A stretch of 41,454 bases of DNA from Kiritimatiellia bacterium (GTDB taxonomy: Bacteria > Verrucomicrobiota > Kiritimatiellia > RFP12 > UBA1067): the NCBI GenBank assembly GCA_017648225.1, contig JAGCJE010000271.1, forward strand, positions 1 to 41,454, given 5' to 3'. The notes under the pieces were generated by a model. That model worked only from the letters and a program-made list of their open reading frames with translations, made no database searches and was not told where the DNA came from. Made by a program: the position numbers and the translations under genes. This document shows positions 1-9,413 of the stretch, one piece after another; position 1 is the stretch's first letter; each line of letters begins with the position of its first letter.

Positions 1-1
1 G

Positions 2-187
2 ATGAAAAATGTCCCGTGTCGATATTGTGAGACTCGTGTCCTCGGGTGTCACGATCGATGTGAAAAATATTTAGAATATAAGCGCGAGAGGGAGCAGATT
101 ATCAAGGCTCGACAAGGTGCGAACGACGCGAGTGGTCATATCGTTGATGTGCGGAGAAAGCAATTGAAGCGGAGGCGGAGAAAGTGA
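2..187 (+). CDS. Small Cys-rich (CxxC...CxxxC) basic protein, first gene of the late operon
   Basis: ORF track. Motif CRYC..GCHDRC followed by a KRRRRK tail. In the duplicated copy, SD AGGAGG (41377-41382) precedes ATGATG at 41387/41390; position 41390 equals window position 2. Confidence 0.6.
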   Translation: MKNVPCRYCETRVLGCHDRCEKYLEYKREREQIIKARQGANDASGHIVDVRRKQLKRRRRK

Positions 188-606
188 ACGAGCAGGAAAG
201 AAACGCAAAGATCGATTATCTGAAATCGTACCGGTGGATTGAGGCCGAGATCATGGATGATGAGGAGCGTCTCGCTCGACTCGATGCTCGGTTGTATTCC
301 CCCGGTGCGGTGAAGATTTCGGACATGCCTCGAGGCGGTCAACCGATCACGATGGAAACTCTGGTCGCTGAAAAGATTGAATTGCAGGATCGCATCAATG
401 CGAAGAATGCTCGCCGCCGTGCGATCCTCGAATCAATCGAGCGTATGCCCAGCGAACGCGACCGGCGAATCCTCAAGCTCCGATTCGTGGACGGCATGAC
501 TCACGAGGAAGTCGCGGAGCGAATCAATTACTCCACGATGCAAGCTCGGCGATATTGTGACGCAGCTCTCGAGCGTTTCGATATGTTGAACATAAATGAT
601 CGTTGA
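184..606 (+). CDS. Sigma-70 region-4-like / ArpU-RinA-type phage late transcription regulator
   Basis: C-terminal HTH segment RRILKLRFVDGMTHEEVAERINYSTMQARRYCDAAL resembles sigma region 4. GTG start overlaps the upstream stop (GTGA). Sits ahead of HNH and terminase. Confidence 0.7.
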   Translation: MNEQERNAKIDYLKSYRWIEAEIMDDEERLARLDARLYSPGAVKISDMPRGGQPITMETLVAEKIELQDRINAKNARRRAILESIERMPSERDRRILKLRFVDGMTHEEVAERINYSTMQARRYCDAALERFDMLNINDR

Positions 607-705
607 TGTTCTTGTATGTTCACGCCTTATGATATATCATGATATCGTCCCGCAGGTGGGGCGGACGACATGTGTCGTACGTGCGGGGCTACCTCCTTTC
701 TGCTA

Positions 706-745
706 GGGTTCGCGTCTACACGAGTGGCGCGAGCCCGATTTATTT
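706..745 (+). terminator. Candidate intrinsic terminator/attenuator between the regulator genes and the HNH gene
   Basis: 9-bp GC-rich stem GGGTTCGCG (706-714) / CGCGAGCCC (727-735, one G-U pair) followed by GATTTATTT. Confidence 0.35.
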
Positions 746-751
746 GGAGGG

Positions 752-1162
752 ATGAATATGATTCTCAAACTGTGTAACAAGTGCGGCAAGCCGTGCGCGT
801 ATCCTGCGAAGTATTGCGATGTGTGTCTCCCCGATGTGCTCGCAGCACGAGAGGCCCGAGAAGCTGAGACGAAAGCCCGGGCGGATAAAGCGTATAACTC
901 TCGGCGTGATCCGAAGTATGTGCGCTTCTATCGATCGAAGCCGTGGCGAATGCTGTCGGCTCGATACATGCAGGATCATGCGTGGACTTGTGAACGTTGT
1001 GGTGGTCTCGCTGTCGAGGTTCATCACATGCAGCCGATACAAACGCCCGAAGGATGGGAACGGCGATTCGACGTAACGAATTTGAAAGCTGTATGTGTTG
1101 ACTGTCACAACAAAGAACATAATCGATTTCAATCAAAAGCGAAACGCTCTCAGAGGCTCTAG
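752..1162 (+). CDS. HNH endonuclease (terminase-associated type)
   Basis: N-terminal CxxC..CxxC. C-terminal EVHHMQP...NLKAVCVDCHNKEH is an HNH motif. Lies just upstream of terS/terL. ATG at 758 has better spacing to GGAGG (746-750). Confidence 0.85.
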   Translation: MNMILKLCNKCGKPCAYPAKYCDVCLPDVLAAREAREAETKARADKAYNSRRDPKYVRFYRSKPWRMLSARYMQDHAWTCERCGGLAVEVHHMQPIQTPEGWERRFDVTNLKAVCVDCHNKEHNRFQSKAKRSQRL

Positions 1163-1367
1163 GAGCCGATTTGAGGCGTTTTATTTTTATGCGAACATTT
1201 CCTCGATGAGTTACGAAACGTGACTCTGAATGTCATTCTGTGACTCTGGGAGGGGTGTCTGAAAAAGTTTGAAATAATATCGGGGGAATCGGTGCAGGGG
1301 GAGGTCTTTAGAGCAAAAACTCCCTTTTGAAAGTCAATGAAGGTCAAGCGTGAAAGGTGGTAGCAAA

Positions 1368-1634
1368 ATGAGCAAGAACGACGCCATGCTGAACAAGGCA
1401 AAAAGAGTGGTTATTGATTATTTCAACAGTCGTTGCGATCGAACTGATAATTTTAAGCTGACCGAGGACGATGTGTTCATCGTTTGGTTCAGCAAAACGC
1501 TCCAGAACTGGAAAGCACTTGTGAGCACCACGGTTTTCGACGGTATGTATTATGAAGTCACCTATAACGGCGACAAGAAGGAGACCTACGTTGACGCCTA
1601 TAAGAAATGGGAGAACAAGTGCATACCCGATTAA
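1368..1634 (+). CDS. Hypothetical protein
   Basis: ORF track, trimmed to ATG 1368 after SD AAAGGTGG (1354-1360). Confidence 0.6.
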   Translation: MSKNDAMLNKAKRVVIDYFNSRCDRTDNFKLTEDDVFIVWFSKTLQNWKALVSTTVFDGMYYEVTYNGDKKETYVDAYKKWENKCIPD

Positions 1635-1671
1635 GCGAGCGAATTGATTGGCGAATGGAGGTGCTCGCTCA

Positions 1672-2148
1672 ATGGGACGCAATAAAGAACCGATCGCTCT
1701 CGTTCAGGCGAAGGGCAAAAAGCACCTGACGAAAGCAGAAATCGAACAAAGAAAATCCGAGGAGCTCGACGTTCCCACTGACGCGATTGAGGCTCCGTCG
1801 TATCTGACGAAAGCACAGAAAGAGGAGTTCGACAAGATCGCAAAGATTCTCATCGATCTTGAGATCATGACGAATCTCGACTGTGACGCGCTCGCCGGTT
1901 ACATTGTCGCGCGTGACGGGTGGGTCATGGCTGGTAAGAAACTCCGCTCGAAAGATGTGAGGAACGATCCGTCCATCTTCGACAAGTGGACGAAAATCGA
2001 AGATCGATATAGAAAGCAGATGCGCAGCGCGGCCTCCGATCTCGGTCTGACGATCACCTCTCGAGGAAAGATCGTCGCTCCGGTCAAGGAAACGCCGACG
2101 CCGCCTGAGAATAAATTCGCGGTGTTCGCGGGTGGCGGTGGATCATGA
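1672..2148 (+). CDS. terS: Terminase small subunit (P27-like)
   Basis: MGRNKEPIALVQAKGKKHLTKAEIEQR... is typical of the P27-family small terminase N-terminus. Immediately upstream of and overlapping terL (ATGA). An in-frame TTG at 1648 is an alternative start. Confidence 0.75.
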   Translation: MGRNKEPIALVQAKGKKHLTKAEIEQRKSEELDVPTDAIEAPSYLTKAQKEEFDKIAKILIDLEIMTNLDCDALAGYIVARDGWVMAGKKLRSKDVRNDPSIFDKWTKIEDRYRKQMRSAASDLGLTITSRGKIVAPVKETPTPPENKFAVFAGGGGS

Positions 2149-3872
2149 TGGATCGAGTCACAGAACACGCGACCCGGGTCGTCGCCGATCCGCATGCTGA
2201 GAATGCCGGACGACTCCACGTCCTCGCGTGTAAGCGACATTTGAAAGACCTCGAGCGTCAAGGCTCGAGCGAATTTCCGTATGTGTGGGATGAGAAAGCG
2301 AGCGATCGCGTCCTCCGATACTCCGAGACGCTGACCGTCCTCGAGGGTTCAAAGCCTCGCCCGGTCAAGTTGCTCGACTGTCAAGCGTTCGACGTGGGCG
2401 CGACGTTCGGTTGGAAGAAGCTCGACGGGAACCGTCGATTCCGCCGCCGATACAAGTCCGTTGCCCGTCAGAACGGCAAGACGTTCGAGAACGGCATCAT
2501 CGGCTCGTATATCTCGAATTTCTCCGGCTATAAATACGGTAAGCTGTTCACCGTCGCGACAAAACAGGCTCAGGCGAAACTTGCATGGGATGAAATCGCG
2601 AAATTCATTCGCGCTGACAAGGATCTGAGCGAACTGTTCCGGATTCAGGACTATAAGCTCATGATCACGGCTCTGCAAACGTTTTGCACGATCGAGGCTC
2701 TCTCGAAGGAGCGCAGTCTCGACGACGGTTTCCGATCGATCTTCGCGAGCGTGGACGAAATCCACCAACATCCGGACAACTCGATTTATAAAGCCATTTA
2801 CAACGGTCAGCGATCTCTCCCTGAGGCTCTCGTCTCGATGATCACGACCCGAGGCAAAAAGCTCAACTCCTTTTGTAAGGAGATGGACGACTATTGCATC
2901 TCAATCCTCTCCGGTGTCGCCACCGCTGAGGATTTTTTCATTGATATCTATTGTCTCGACGAGCATGACGACATCTGGAATCCGGAGAACTGGATCAAGG
3001 CGAACCCGTTCCTCTGCTCCACGTCGCACGGACGAGAGACGATCGCCCGAGACGCTCAGACCGCAAAGGACATGGGCGGCGCAGACCTCCGAGATTTCAT
3101 CACGAAAGGTCTGAACATGTGGGTCACGTCCTCTGACGACGCGTTCGTGGATGCTGAGAAGTTCGCCCGATGCGGTTCCGACCGTGACCTCGAGCATTTC
3201 CGAGGCCGTCAGTGTTACGTCGGACTCGACCTGAGTGCCGGCGGCGACCTCACGACGATCGCGCTCGAGTTCATCAAGGACGACGGCTCTCCGTATTTCT
3301 GGAGTCATTCGTTCATGCCGAGGGGTCGACTCGACGAGCACATCGCGAGCGATCTCGAGCCCTATGACGTGTGGGAGGCCGAGGGCCTGATCACCGTCAC
3401 CGGCGGGGAGATGGATTTCAAAAACGACTATAAATTCATTATGAAAACACTGCGCGATCTGATCGCCGAATACGAGATCAAGCCTCTCGGCATCGCCTAC
3501 GACCCGCACAACGCCGACGGCATTCTCTCCGATCTGGAGGGGTTCGGCGTTCCGCTGATGATGATCACGCAGTCGGCGCGATTCCTCAACGACGCGACCG
3601 TGGACATTCGACTCCTCGTCAAGTCCGAAAAGTTCGAGTATGACCGGCGAAATGAGCTCATGGCGAAATCGTTCATCGACGCCGCCGTCATTCGAAACTC
3701 GTTTGATGAGGAGAAGGTCGACAAGAAACCCGGAGCGCGTACATCTCGAATCGACCCGGTCGACGCTTGCGTGGATGCTCACACGATGTATCTCAAGACT
3801 CGCGAAACCGTCAAGGTCGATGTCGAGAGCGAGCTTGCAAAGTATCTCCAGATGATGAATTGGAAGAGGTGA
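2145..3872 (+). CDS. terL: Terminase large subunit
   Basis: 575 aa. P-loop-like VARQNGKT. Position between terS and portal. Confidence 0.9.
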   Translation: MMDRVTEHATRVVADPHAENAGRLHVLACKRHLKDLERQGSSEFPYVWDEKASDRVLRYSETLTVLEGSKPRPVKLLDCQAFDVGATFGWKKLDGNRRFRRRYKSVARQNGKTFENGIIGSYISNFSGYKYGKLFTVATKQAQAKLAWDEIAKFIRADKDLSELFRIQDYKLMITALQTFCTIEALSKERSLDDGFRSIFASVDEIHQHPDNSIYKAIYNGQRSLPEALVSMITTRGKKLNSFCKEMDDYCISILSGVATAEDFFIDIYCLDEHDDIWNPENWIKANPFLCSTSHGRETIARDAQTAKDMGGADLRDFITKGLNMWVTSSDDAFVDAEKFARCGSDRDLEHFRGRQCYVGLDLSAGGDLTTIALEFIKDDGSPYFWSHSFMPRGRLDEHIASDLEPYDVWEAEGLITVTGGEMDFKNDYKFIMKTLRDLIAEYEIKPLGIAYDPHNADGILSDLEGFGVPLMMITQSARFLNDATVDIRLLVKSEKFEYDRRNELMAKSFIDAAVIRNSFDEEKVDKKPGARTSRIDPVDACVDAHTMYLKTRETVKVDVESELAKYLQMMNWKR

Positions 3873-3877
3873 AAACG

Positions 3878-5167
3878 ATGGGCGTTTTCAAAAAGTTTCG
3901 CGGATGGTTCTCGCGAAAATCCGTGTCCAGAAGCACGGAGGTCGATCGGCTGCTGACGTTTCTCGGGGTCGATAAGTCAACCGGGAAAGCGATCAACGAG
4001 GCGACTTATTTCGCGTGTCTCCGACTGCGAAGTGAGTCCGTCGGCAAGCTCCCGCTCAAGCTGATGCGATACACCGATCGACACGGCGTTCAGACGATGC
4101 GTCGTGATCCACGTTATCGCATTCTCGGCAGCAGACCGAACCCGTATCAGACGGCGACGACGTTCTGGAGCACGGTCGAATATAATCGATCGCATTTCGG
4201 CAACGCATACGTACTGATTCACGGCGCGGGTGCAAAAATGACGCTGTGGATCCTCCCGTCTGATCAGGTGACGATCGTCAACGACGACAAAGACCTGTTC
4301 AACCGAGGCGCGGACAAAATTTATTATGTGTATTCCGGAGCTCAGGGAACGTATACGTTCAGCGATGAGGAGATTCTCCATTTCAAAGAATCGAGCACGT
4401 TCGACGGCATCACCGGCGTATCGGTGCGTGATCGACTGAGCTCTGTCATTGAGGGCAACGTTGACGCTCAGAAGATGCTCAACAAGATGTATCGTAACGG
4501 GTACACCGGAAAAGCTGTTCTTCAGTATACCGGTGATCTGAGCGACGATCTCGTCAAGACTTATGTCAAGGGTATCGAGAGATATGCAAAGGGCGCGAGC
4601 CTCGACGCTGACGGCGAGGAGATTTCAACGATCATTCCGATCCCGGTCGGATCGACTCTGACCCCGCTGAACGTCAAGCTCACCGACGGTCAGTTCCTCG
4701 AGATCAAGAAGTATTCGGCTCTCCAGATCGCTGCCGCGTTCGGTATCAAGCCGAATCAAATCAACGATTACGAGAAATCGTCGTTCGCGTCTGGCGAGCA
4801 TCAGCAGCTCGCTTTCTACGTCGACACGATGCTGTACATCCTCAAACAGTACGAGGAGGAGCTCTCTTATAAGCTGCTCTCGACTGAGGAGATTGAGGAG
4901 GGTCTGTTCTGGAAATTCAACATCGACGTTGTCTTGAGAGCCGATTTCGCGACAAAGGTGGATTCGCTCTCCAAGGCGGTCAATAATTTCCTGATGACCC
5001 CCGATGAGGCTCGAGAAAAACTCGACCTCGGAACTGTGGAGCACGGCGACCGACTGCTCGGTCAGGGAGCGAACATCTTCCTCGATCAGATCGGCGCACA
5101 ATATAATGCTCAATCACCGGCGGCACAACCGAAGCCGGAGGAAGGAGAAAGCGAAAATGAAAGATGA
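3878..5167 (+). CDS. Portal protein (HK97-type)
   Basis: About 429 aa, following terL. The track ORF (3767) was trimmed to ATG 3878, just after the terL stop. Confidence 0.85.
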   Translation: MGVFKKFRGWFSRKSVSRSTEVDRLLTFLGVDKSTGKAINEATYFACLRLRSESVGKLPLKLMRYTDRHGVQTMRRDPRYRILGSRPNPYQTATTFWSTVEYNRSHFGNAYVLIHGAGAKMTLWILPSDQVTIVNDDKDLFNRGADKIYYVYSGAQGTYTFSDEEILHFKESSTFDGITGVSVRDRLSSVIEGNVDAQKMLNKMYRNGYTGKAVLQYTGDLSDDLVKTYVKGIERYAKGASLDADGEEISTIIPIPVGSTLTPLNVKLTDGQFLEIKKYSALQIAAAFGIKPNQINDYEKSSFASGEHQQLAFYVDTMLYILKQYEEELSYKLLSTEEIEEGLFWKFNIDVVLRADFATKVDSLSKAVNNFLMTPDEAREKLDLGTVEHGDRLLGQGANIFLDQIGAQYNAQSPAAQPKPEEGESENER

Positions 5168-5963
5168 TTTCATGGAAAACATGCCCGAGGGTATGGTGTT
5201 CAAGGCGGCGGAAGTCGAAGCCTCCGCTATCACTGAGGACGATCTCCGAAAGATCAACAAACTGACGCTCGCTCCGCTGACGGCTGACGACGTGTTTGTT
5301 TTCAAGGCGGTTCTCGGTGACAACGAAACCGACGACCGCAATCACGAGCCGTTCAATCTGAACGCTCTGAAAGACCTGAAAAGACTGTACGTCGGAAAGA
5401 CTGTGATCAAAGATCACATGCGTCGGGCGGATAATCAGGTCGCTCGTATCTACGATACCGAGCTGATCTCGGAAGCCAAGACCACCGGCGCGGGTGAAGC
5501 CTATGCGCAGCTCGTCGCGAAATGCTACATGATCAAGACCTCTCGAAACGCCGATCTCATCAAAGAGATCATGGGCGGCATCAAGAAAGAAGTCTCGACC
5601 GGCATGTCGCCGAAGCGCGTAATCTGCAACATCTGCGGCACCGACAACTCGAAAACCTACTGTCCCCACTGGCCCGGTCGTGAATACGATCACGCTGAGG
5701 GAAAGAAGGTTTGTCAGATGACTCTCGACGGCGCGAAGGATGCGTTCGAGCTCAGTCTCGTCGCGGTTCCCGCACAGCGTCGAGCGGGTGTCGCTAAAAA
5801 CTACGGCGGCGAATCCGTCAAGGAAACCGTCGCACCCGAAGCGGTGGACGTTCCGAACGAGGAACCGACCACTCCTGATCCCAACATCAAGGACGCAGAG
5901 CTCCGACTGAGAGCGACTGAGTCCTTTTTGTTTACCAAGAACAACGAATCCGAGGAGGAATGA
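5157..5963 (+). CDS. Putative prohead maturation protease/scaffold
   Basis: Position between portal and capsid. ATG 5157 preceded by GGAAGGAG. Track ORF trimmed from 5004. Confidence 0.6.
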   Translation: MKDDFMENMPEGMVFKAAEVEASAITEDDLRKINKLTLAPLTADDVFVFKAVLGDNETDDRNHEPFNLNALKDLKRLYVGKTVIKDHMRRADNQVARIYDTELISEAKTTGAGEAYAQLVAKCYMIKTSRNADLIKEIMGGIKKEVSTGMSPKRVICNICGTDNSKTYCPHWPGREYDHAEGKKVCQMTLDGAKDAFELSLVAVPAQRRAGVAKNYGGESVKETVAPEAVDVPNEEPTTPDPNIKDAELRLRATESFLFTKNNESEEE

Positions 5964-5966
5964 ATC

Positions 5967-7097
5967 ATGAATAAGCGTATGCGTGAACTGCTGGCAAAGA
6001 TCGAAGCCAAGCAGAAGGAAGCCCGTTCCTACATGGACGGCGAAAACAAGGACGTGACCAAGGCTACCGCCCTGCTGGACGAGTGCGATTCTCTCAAGGC
6101 TGAGTTCGAAGCCGAGAAGCGTCTGTTCGAGGCCGAAAAGGCCGAAGTCGAGCCCGAGGCCGAGAAGAAGGTCGAGGAAAAGAAGCAGACCGACAGCGTC
6201 AAGGCGTTCGCCGATGCTGCTCGTAACGGTTTCCAGAAGGACATGAGCGAAGGTTCCGGCCTCGACGGCGGTTATACCGTTCCTGAGGACATCGTGACCA
6301 AGATCGAACACTATCGCGACGCAAAGGCATCTCTCCGTCAGCATGTCCGCGTCATTCCCGTTCAGACTATGTCCGGTGCTCGCACTTTCAAGGCTCGTGA
6401 AACCGTGACCGGCTTCTCCAAGGTGCTCGAGAATGGCAAGTTCGCCAAGAAGGCGACTCCCAAGTTCGAACGCCTGGCCTACAATATCAACAAGTTCGGC
6501 GGCTATTTCGTACTGTCTGACGAGGTCATCGAGGACTCCGACGCAAATCTGGTGGACGAGGTTGTCGCTCTGATCGGCGACGAATCCCGCGTAACCGACA
6601 ACGTCGAGATCATCTCCGCGATCAAGGCCGCGAAGCCCGCTCCCGTCAACTTCGAAGATCTGGACGGCATCAAGGAAGCTCTGAACGTGACTCTGGGTCA
6701 GGCATTCCGCGCGACCTCCAAGATCTACACCAACGACAACGGCCTCCAGTTCCTCGACACTCTGATCGATGGCAACAACCGTCCTCTGCTGGCTCCCTCT
6801 CCCGTCGAGCCGATGAAGATGGTTCTCGGCTGCGGCCCGACCACCGTCGAGATCGTGGTTCTGCCCAACTCCGATTTCCCGAATCTGGAGCAGGGTATCC
6901 CCTTCATCGTCGGCGATCTGAATGAGGGCGTCGCACTGTTCGACCGTCGTCGCGTGACTCTGAGTCAGTCCAAGACCGCAAGCGTCGAGGGCTACAACGC
7001 TTTCGAGCAGGGCGGTCTGCTGATCCGCGCTGACGAGCGCGCCGACTATGTCGTCCGCGATGCTGCCGCATTCGTGCTGGGCTATATCGCCATCTGA
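5967..7097 (+). CDS. Major capsid protein, HK97 fold, with N-terminal coiled-coil delta domain
   Basis: 376 aa. E/K-rich N-terminus followed by GLDGGYTVPEDI, typical of HK97-family capsids. SD GAGGAGG. Confidence 0.9.
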   Translation: MNKRMRELLAKIEAKQKEARSYMDGENKDVTKATALLDECDSLKAEFEAEKRLFEAEKAEVEPEAEKKVEEKKQTDSVKAFADAARNGFQKDMSEGSGLDGGYTVPEDIVTKIEHYRDAKASLRQHVRVIPVQTMSGARTFKARETVTGFSKVLENGKFAKKATPKFERLAYNINKFGGYFVLSDEVIEDSDANLVDEVVALIGDESRVTDNVEIISAIKAAKPAPVNFEDLDGIKEALNVTLGQAFRATSKIYTNDNGLQFLDTLIDGNNRPLLAPSPVEPMKMVLGCGPTTVEIVVLPNSDFPNLEQGIPFIVGDLNEGVALFDRRRVTLSQSKTASVEGYNAFEQGGLLIRADERADYVVRDAAAFVLGYIAI

Positions 7098-7106
7098 TGA
7101 CTCTGA

Positions 7107-7136
7107 TCTCCCGCGTGGTTTCGACTGCGCGGGAGA
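7107..7136 (+). terminator. Stem-loop after the capsid gene (possible partial terminator or RNA-stability element)
   Basis: TCTCCCGCG (7107-7115) pairs with CGCGGGAGA (7128-7136). The downstream tail is T-poor. Confidence 0.3.
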
Positions 7137-7160
7137 ATCTATTTCGAGGAGGGGTTTGAC

Positions 7161-7460
7161 ATGAGTGCATTGTCTGTCCAAGATGTCAAGGATTATCTCG
7201 GCATCGATTTCGCCGATGATGCGACTGACCGCCTCGTGACTGCGATGGTGTCCACGGTTGACGGGTACATGAAAGGTGCTCTCGGCGCGGGTTATCCGGC
7301 TGATGACGAGCGCGTGAAGATGGTTGCAAAGATCATCATCTCCGATCTGTACGATCACCGCGACCTCTCCGACAAGGTCACCGGGGCGACACGTCGCCTC
7401 GTGGATTCGATGCTCCAGCAGGTGCGACTCGAGATGAGAGCGGCGGGTGATGGCGTATGA
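7161..7460 (+). CDS. Head-tail connector (gp6-like)
   Basis: LSVQDVKDYLGIDFADD... N-terminus is typical of the family. Position after the capsid gene. Confidence 0.75.
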   Translation: MSALSVQDVKDYLGIDFADDATDRLVTAMVSTVDGYMKGALGAGYPADDERVKMVAKIIISDLYDHRDLSDKVTGATRRLVDSMLQQVRLEMRAAGDGV

Positions 7461-7765
7461 CGTACAATCTCCCGATCATGCTGATCATGTACAACGACAG
7501 CTCGAGCGCGTGGGAGGACGTTGCTCTCCTGCATGCCCGGATCAATAAGACCGGCGGCTCTGAGAACTGGAGCTCCGGCGCGTATCAGAGCCGAGCGACG
7601 CTGACGTTCGAGGTGAGATATTCGCCCGTCGTCGCGTCGATCTTTTTGAACACGCAGCTTTATCGCATCCGGCACAACGGCGCGGAGTTCGATGTCGAGG
7701 ACGTGGACGATTATCTCCAGCAGCATCGAACCCTCAAGATCGTGGGGGTGGCGCGGGGTGTCTAA
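7457..7765 (+). CDS. Head closure / head-tail joining protein
   Basis: 102 aa. Synteny, and an ATGA overlap with the upstream gene. Confidence 0.7.
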   Translation: MTYNLPIMLIMYNDSSSAWEDVALLHARINKTGGSENWSSGAYQSRATLTFEVRYSPVVASIFLNTQLYRIRHNGAEFDVEDVDDYLQQHRTLKIVGVARGV

Positions 7766-8153
7766 CGTTGACATCAATCGTGTCTCGAACACCATTCGAA
7801 CAACGTTGAACACGTACTCTCAACGGGTCGTCGAGGGTGTCGAAAAGGCCGCCGACGAGACCGTGAAAGAGATGGTCAAAGAGACGAAAAAGCGTCCCGG
7901 AGGGCGATATTCGACCGGGCGATATGCTCGAGCGATCGCGTCTCAGGTGGGTGAGAATACCATTTACGCGAGGTCGCGAATTTGGTACGTCAAGGCACCG
8001 CGCTATCGACTCACGCATCTGATCAACAACGGTCACGCGGTTCGAGGTGGCGGACATTACGCCGGTGACAAGCACGTCACGAGAGCGACCGATCGCGCGA
8101 TCGAACGTTTCGAGACCCGCGTCCGCGAGGTGATTGGAAATGCATCGAATTAA
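7758..8153 (+). CDS. HK97 gp10-like tail component
   Basis: LTHLINNGHA motif. The in-frame GTG at 7758 overlaps the upstream stop. The track start at 7692 would overlap by 74 nt. Confidence 0.65.
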   Translation: MSNVDINRVSNTIRTTLNTYSQRVVEGVEKAADETVKEMVKETKKRPGGRYSTGRYARAIASQVGENTIYARSRIWYVKAPRYRLTHLINNGHAVRGGGHYAGDKHVTRATDRAIERFETRVREVIGNASN

Positions 8154-8484
8154 CTTGAAATCGGAGCTCAACGCGCTCGGTATCCCGTTCGCGCTGATCG
8201 GTTATCCGACCAAGGCTCCCGCGTATCCGTACGGAATATATCTCGAAAACATCAACGTGTCAGGTGGCGATGACGTGAGTCGTTATCGCATCGTCGACCA
8301 CGATGTGACGATCGAGCTATACCACAAAACCGACGAGGGACTGTTCGCCGCTTGCGAGATTCTCGAAACGTGGCTCGACTCTCTCCCTCTCGACTATCGC
8401 AGAGAGATGACGTACATCCCGGAGGATGATCATCTCCTCGCGAGCTATACTCTGAACTATACGACCAAGAGAAAGAAAGGATGA
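8140..8484 (+). CDS. Putative tail terminator / tail completion protein
   Basis: Synteny (precedes the major tail gene). ATG 8140 follows GAGGTG (8127-8132). Confidence 0.55.
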   Translation: MHRINLKSELNALGIPFALIGYPTKAPAYPYGIYLENINVSGGDDVSRYRIVDHDVTIELYHKTDEGLFAACEILETWLDSLPLDYRREMTYIPEDDHLLASYTLNYTTKRKKG

Positions 8485-8490
8485 TCATAA

Positions 8491-9030
8491 ATGGCACAGC
8501 CTGATAGAATCATTCTCGGCTCCGGTAAGATTTTCGCCACCGAATTCACCGGTAACGCGATCCCGGAAAACACCGTCATCGAGACCGCCGACAATCGTCT
8601 CGGTCACATCAAGGGCGGCGCGACTCTGGAATATACTCCGGAGTTCTACATCGCAAAGGACGATCTGGGTGAAGTCCAGAAGTCCCGACTCGTCAATGAG
8701 GAAGTGAAGCTCAAGACCGGCATCATGACTCTCGACGGCAACAACATCTCCAAGCTCGCCGCGACCGCTCGTGTCACTGAGGCAAGCGGCAAGCGCACCG
8801 TCAAGATCGGTGGCGCGGGCAACGACAACGGCAAGAAGTATCTGATCCGTTTCCTGCATGAAGACGCTGAGGACGGCGACATTCGCGTGACGATCGTCGG
8901 TCGTAACGAGTCCGGCTTCTCTCTGTCCTTCGCAAAGGACGCCGAGACCGTCGTGGACGCCGAGTTCACCGCATTCCCCAACGACTCCGAGGGTACTCTC
9001 GTTATCTACGAAGAAGAAACCGCAGAGTAA
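8491..9030 (+). CDS. Major tail protein
   Basis: 179 aa. Lies between the connectors and the chaperones and is followed by a strong terminator. Confidence 0.8.
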   Translation: MAQPDRIILGSGKIFATEFTGNAIPENTVIETADNRLGHIKGGATLEYTPEFYIAKDDLGEVQKSRLVNEEVKLKTGIMTLDGNNISKLAATARVTEASGKRTVKIGGAGNDNGKKYLIRFLHEDAEDGDIRVTIVGRNESGFSLSFAKDAETVVDAEFTAFPNDSEGTLVIYEEETAE

Positions 9031-9036
9031 CATCAC

Positions 9037-9064
9037 GAGGGTGGATTCGTCCACCCTCTTTTTT
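9037..9064 (+). terminator. Rho-independent terminator after the major tail gene
   Basis: GAGGGTGGA-TTCG-TCCACCCTC followed by TTTTTT. Confidence 0.8.
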
Positions 9065-9083
9065 ATGAAAAGGAGGATTCCCC

Positions 9084-9413
9084 ATGGCTAAAATGTTGGA
9101 TTTCAGCAAGGCAAAAAAGCCCACTCTCCCCGTCAAGTTTGACGACGGCTCAATGGTGTATGTTTATACACCGTCTAAAATTGAGTTCGACGAGATGACC
9201 GATGCTCAGGATTATTTCAACGGTGCGCTCGAGGGTGAGCGCGAGAGCATTTACAAGCTCTACGAAATCACGGCACGACTCATGAGTAATAACAAAACAG
9301 GTCGAGAAATCACGGTGGAAGAGCTCGCCGGTTATCTTGACGTGAGCGACATGGTCGTGTTTTTCCGAGCATATGCGCAGTTCATCTCGGAAGTTATCGC
9401 AGAAAAAAACTGA
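9084..9413 (+). CDS. Tail assembly chaperone (G-like)
   Basis: 109 aa, directly upstream of the tape measure gene. Ends at a slippery site. Confidence 0.8.
   Translation: MAKMLDFSKAKKPTLPVKFDDGSMVYVYTPSKIEFDEMTDAQDYFNGALEGERESIYKLYEITARLMSNNKTGREITVEELAGYLDVSDMVVFFRAYAQFISEVIAEKN

Noticed and set aside
706-720. GGTTCGCG string resembling a tRNA T-loop
   Set aside because: No acceptor, D or anticodon arms can be drawn around it. It is better explained as one arm of a 9-bp hairpin.
1159-1401. 80-aa minus-strand ORF in the HNH/terS spacer
   Set aside because: It has no SD, runs against the uniformly + strand late operon, and overlaps the start of 1368..1634.
4980-7358. 792-aa minus-strand ORF, with similar long antisense ORFs at 2901..3782, 12335..13306, 13078..14268, 16453..17604, 19643..20704, 20326..21099, 31766..32881 and 34377..35819
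   Set aside because: Each lies antisense to a + strand gene with clear family motifs. For 4980..7358 the antisense codons are exactly codon-aligned with the protease, capsid and connector genes (all in frame 0). It therefore stays open simply because those genes avoid TTA, CTA and TCA codons. The products are R/D/L/V-rich low-information sequence with no SD.
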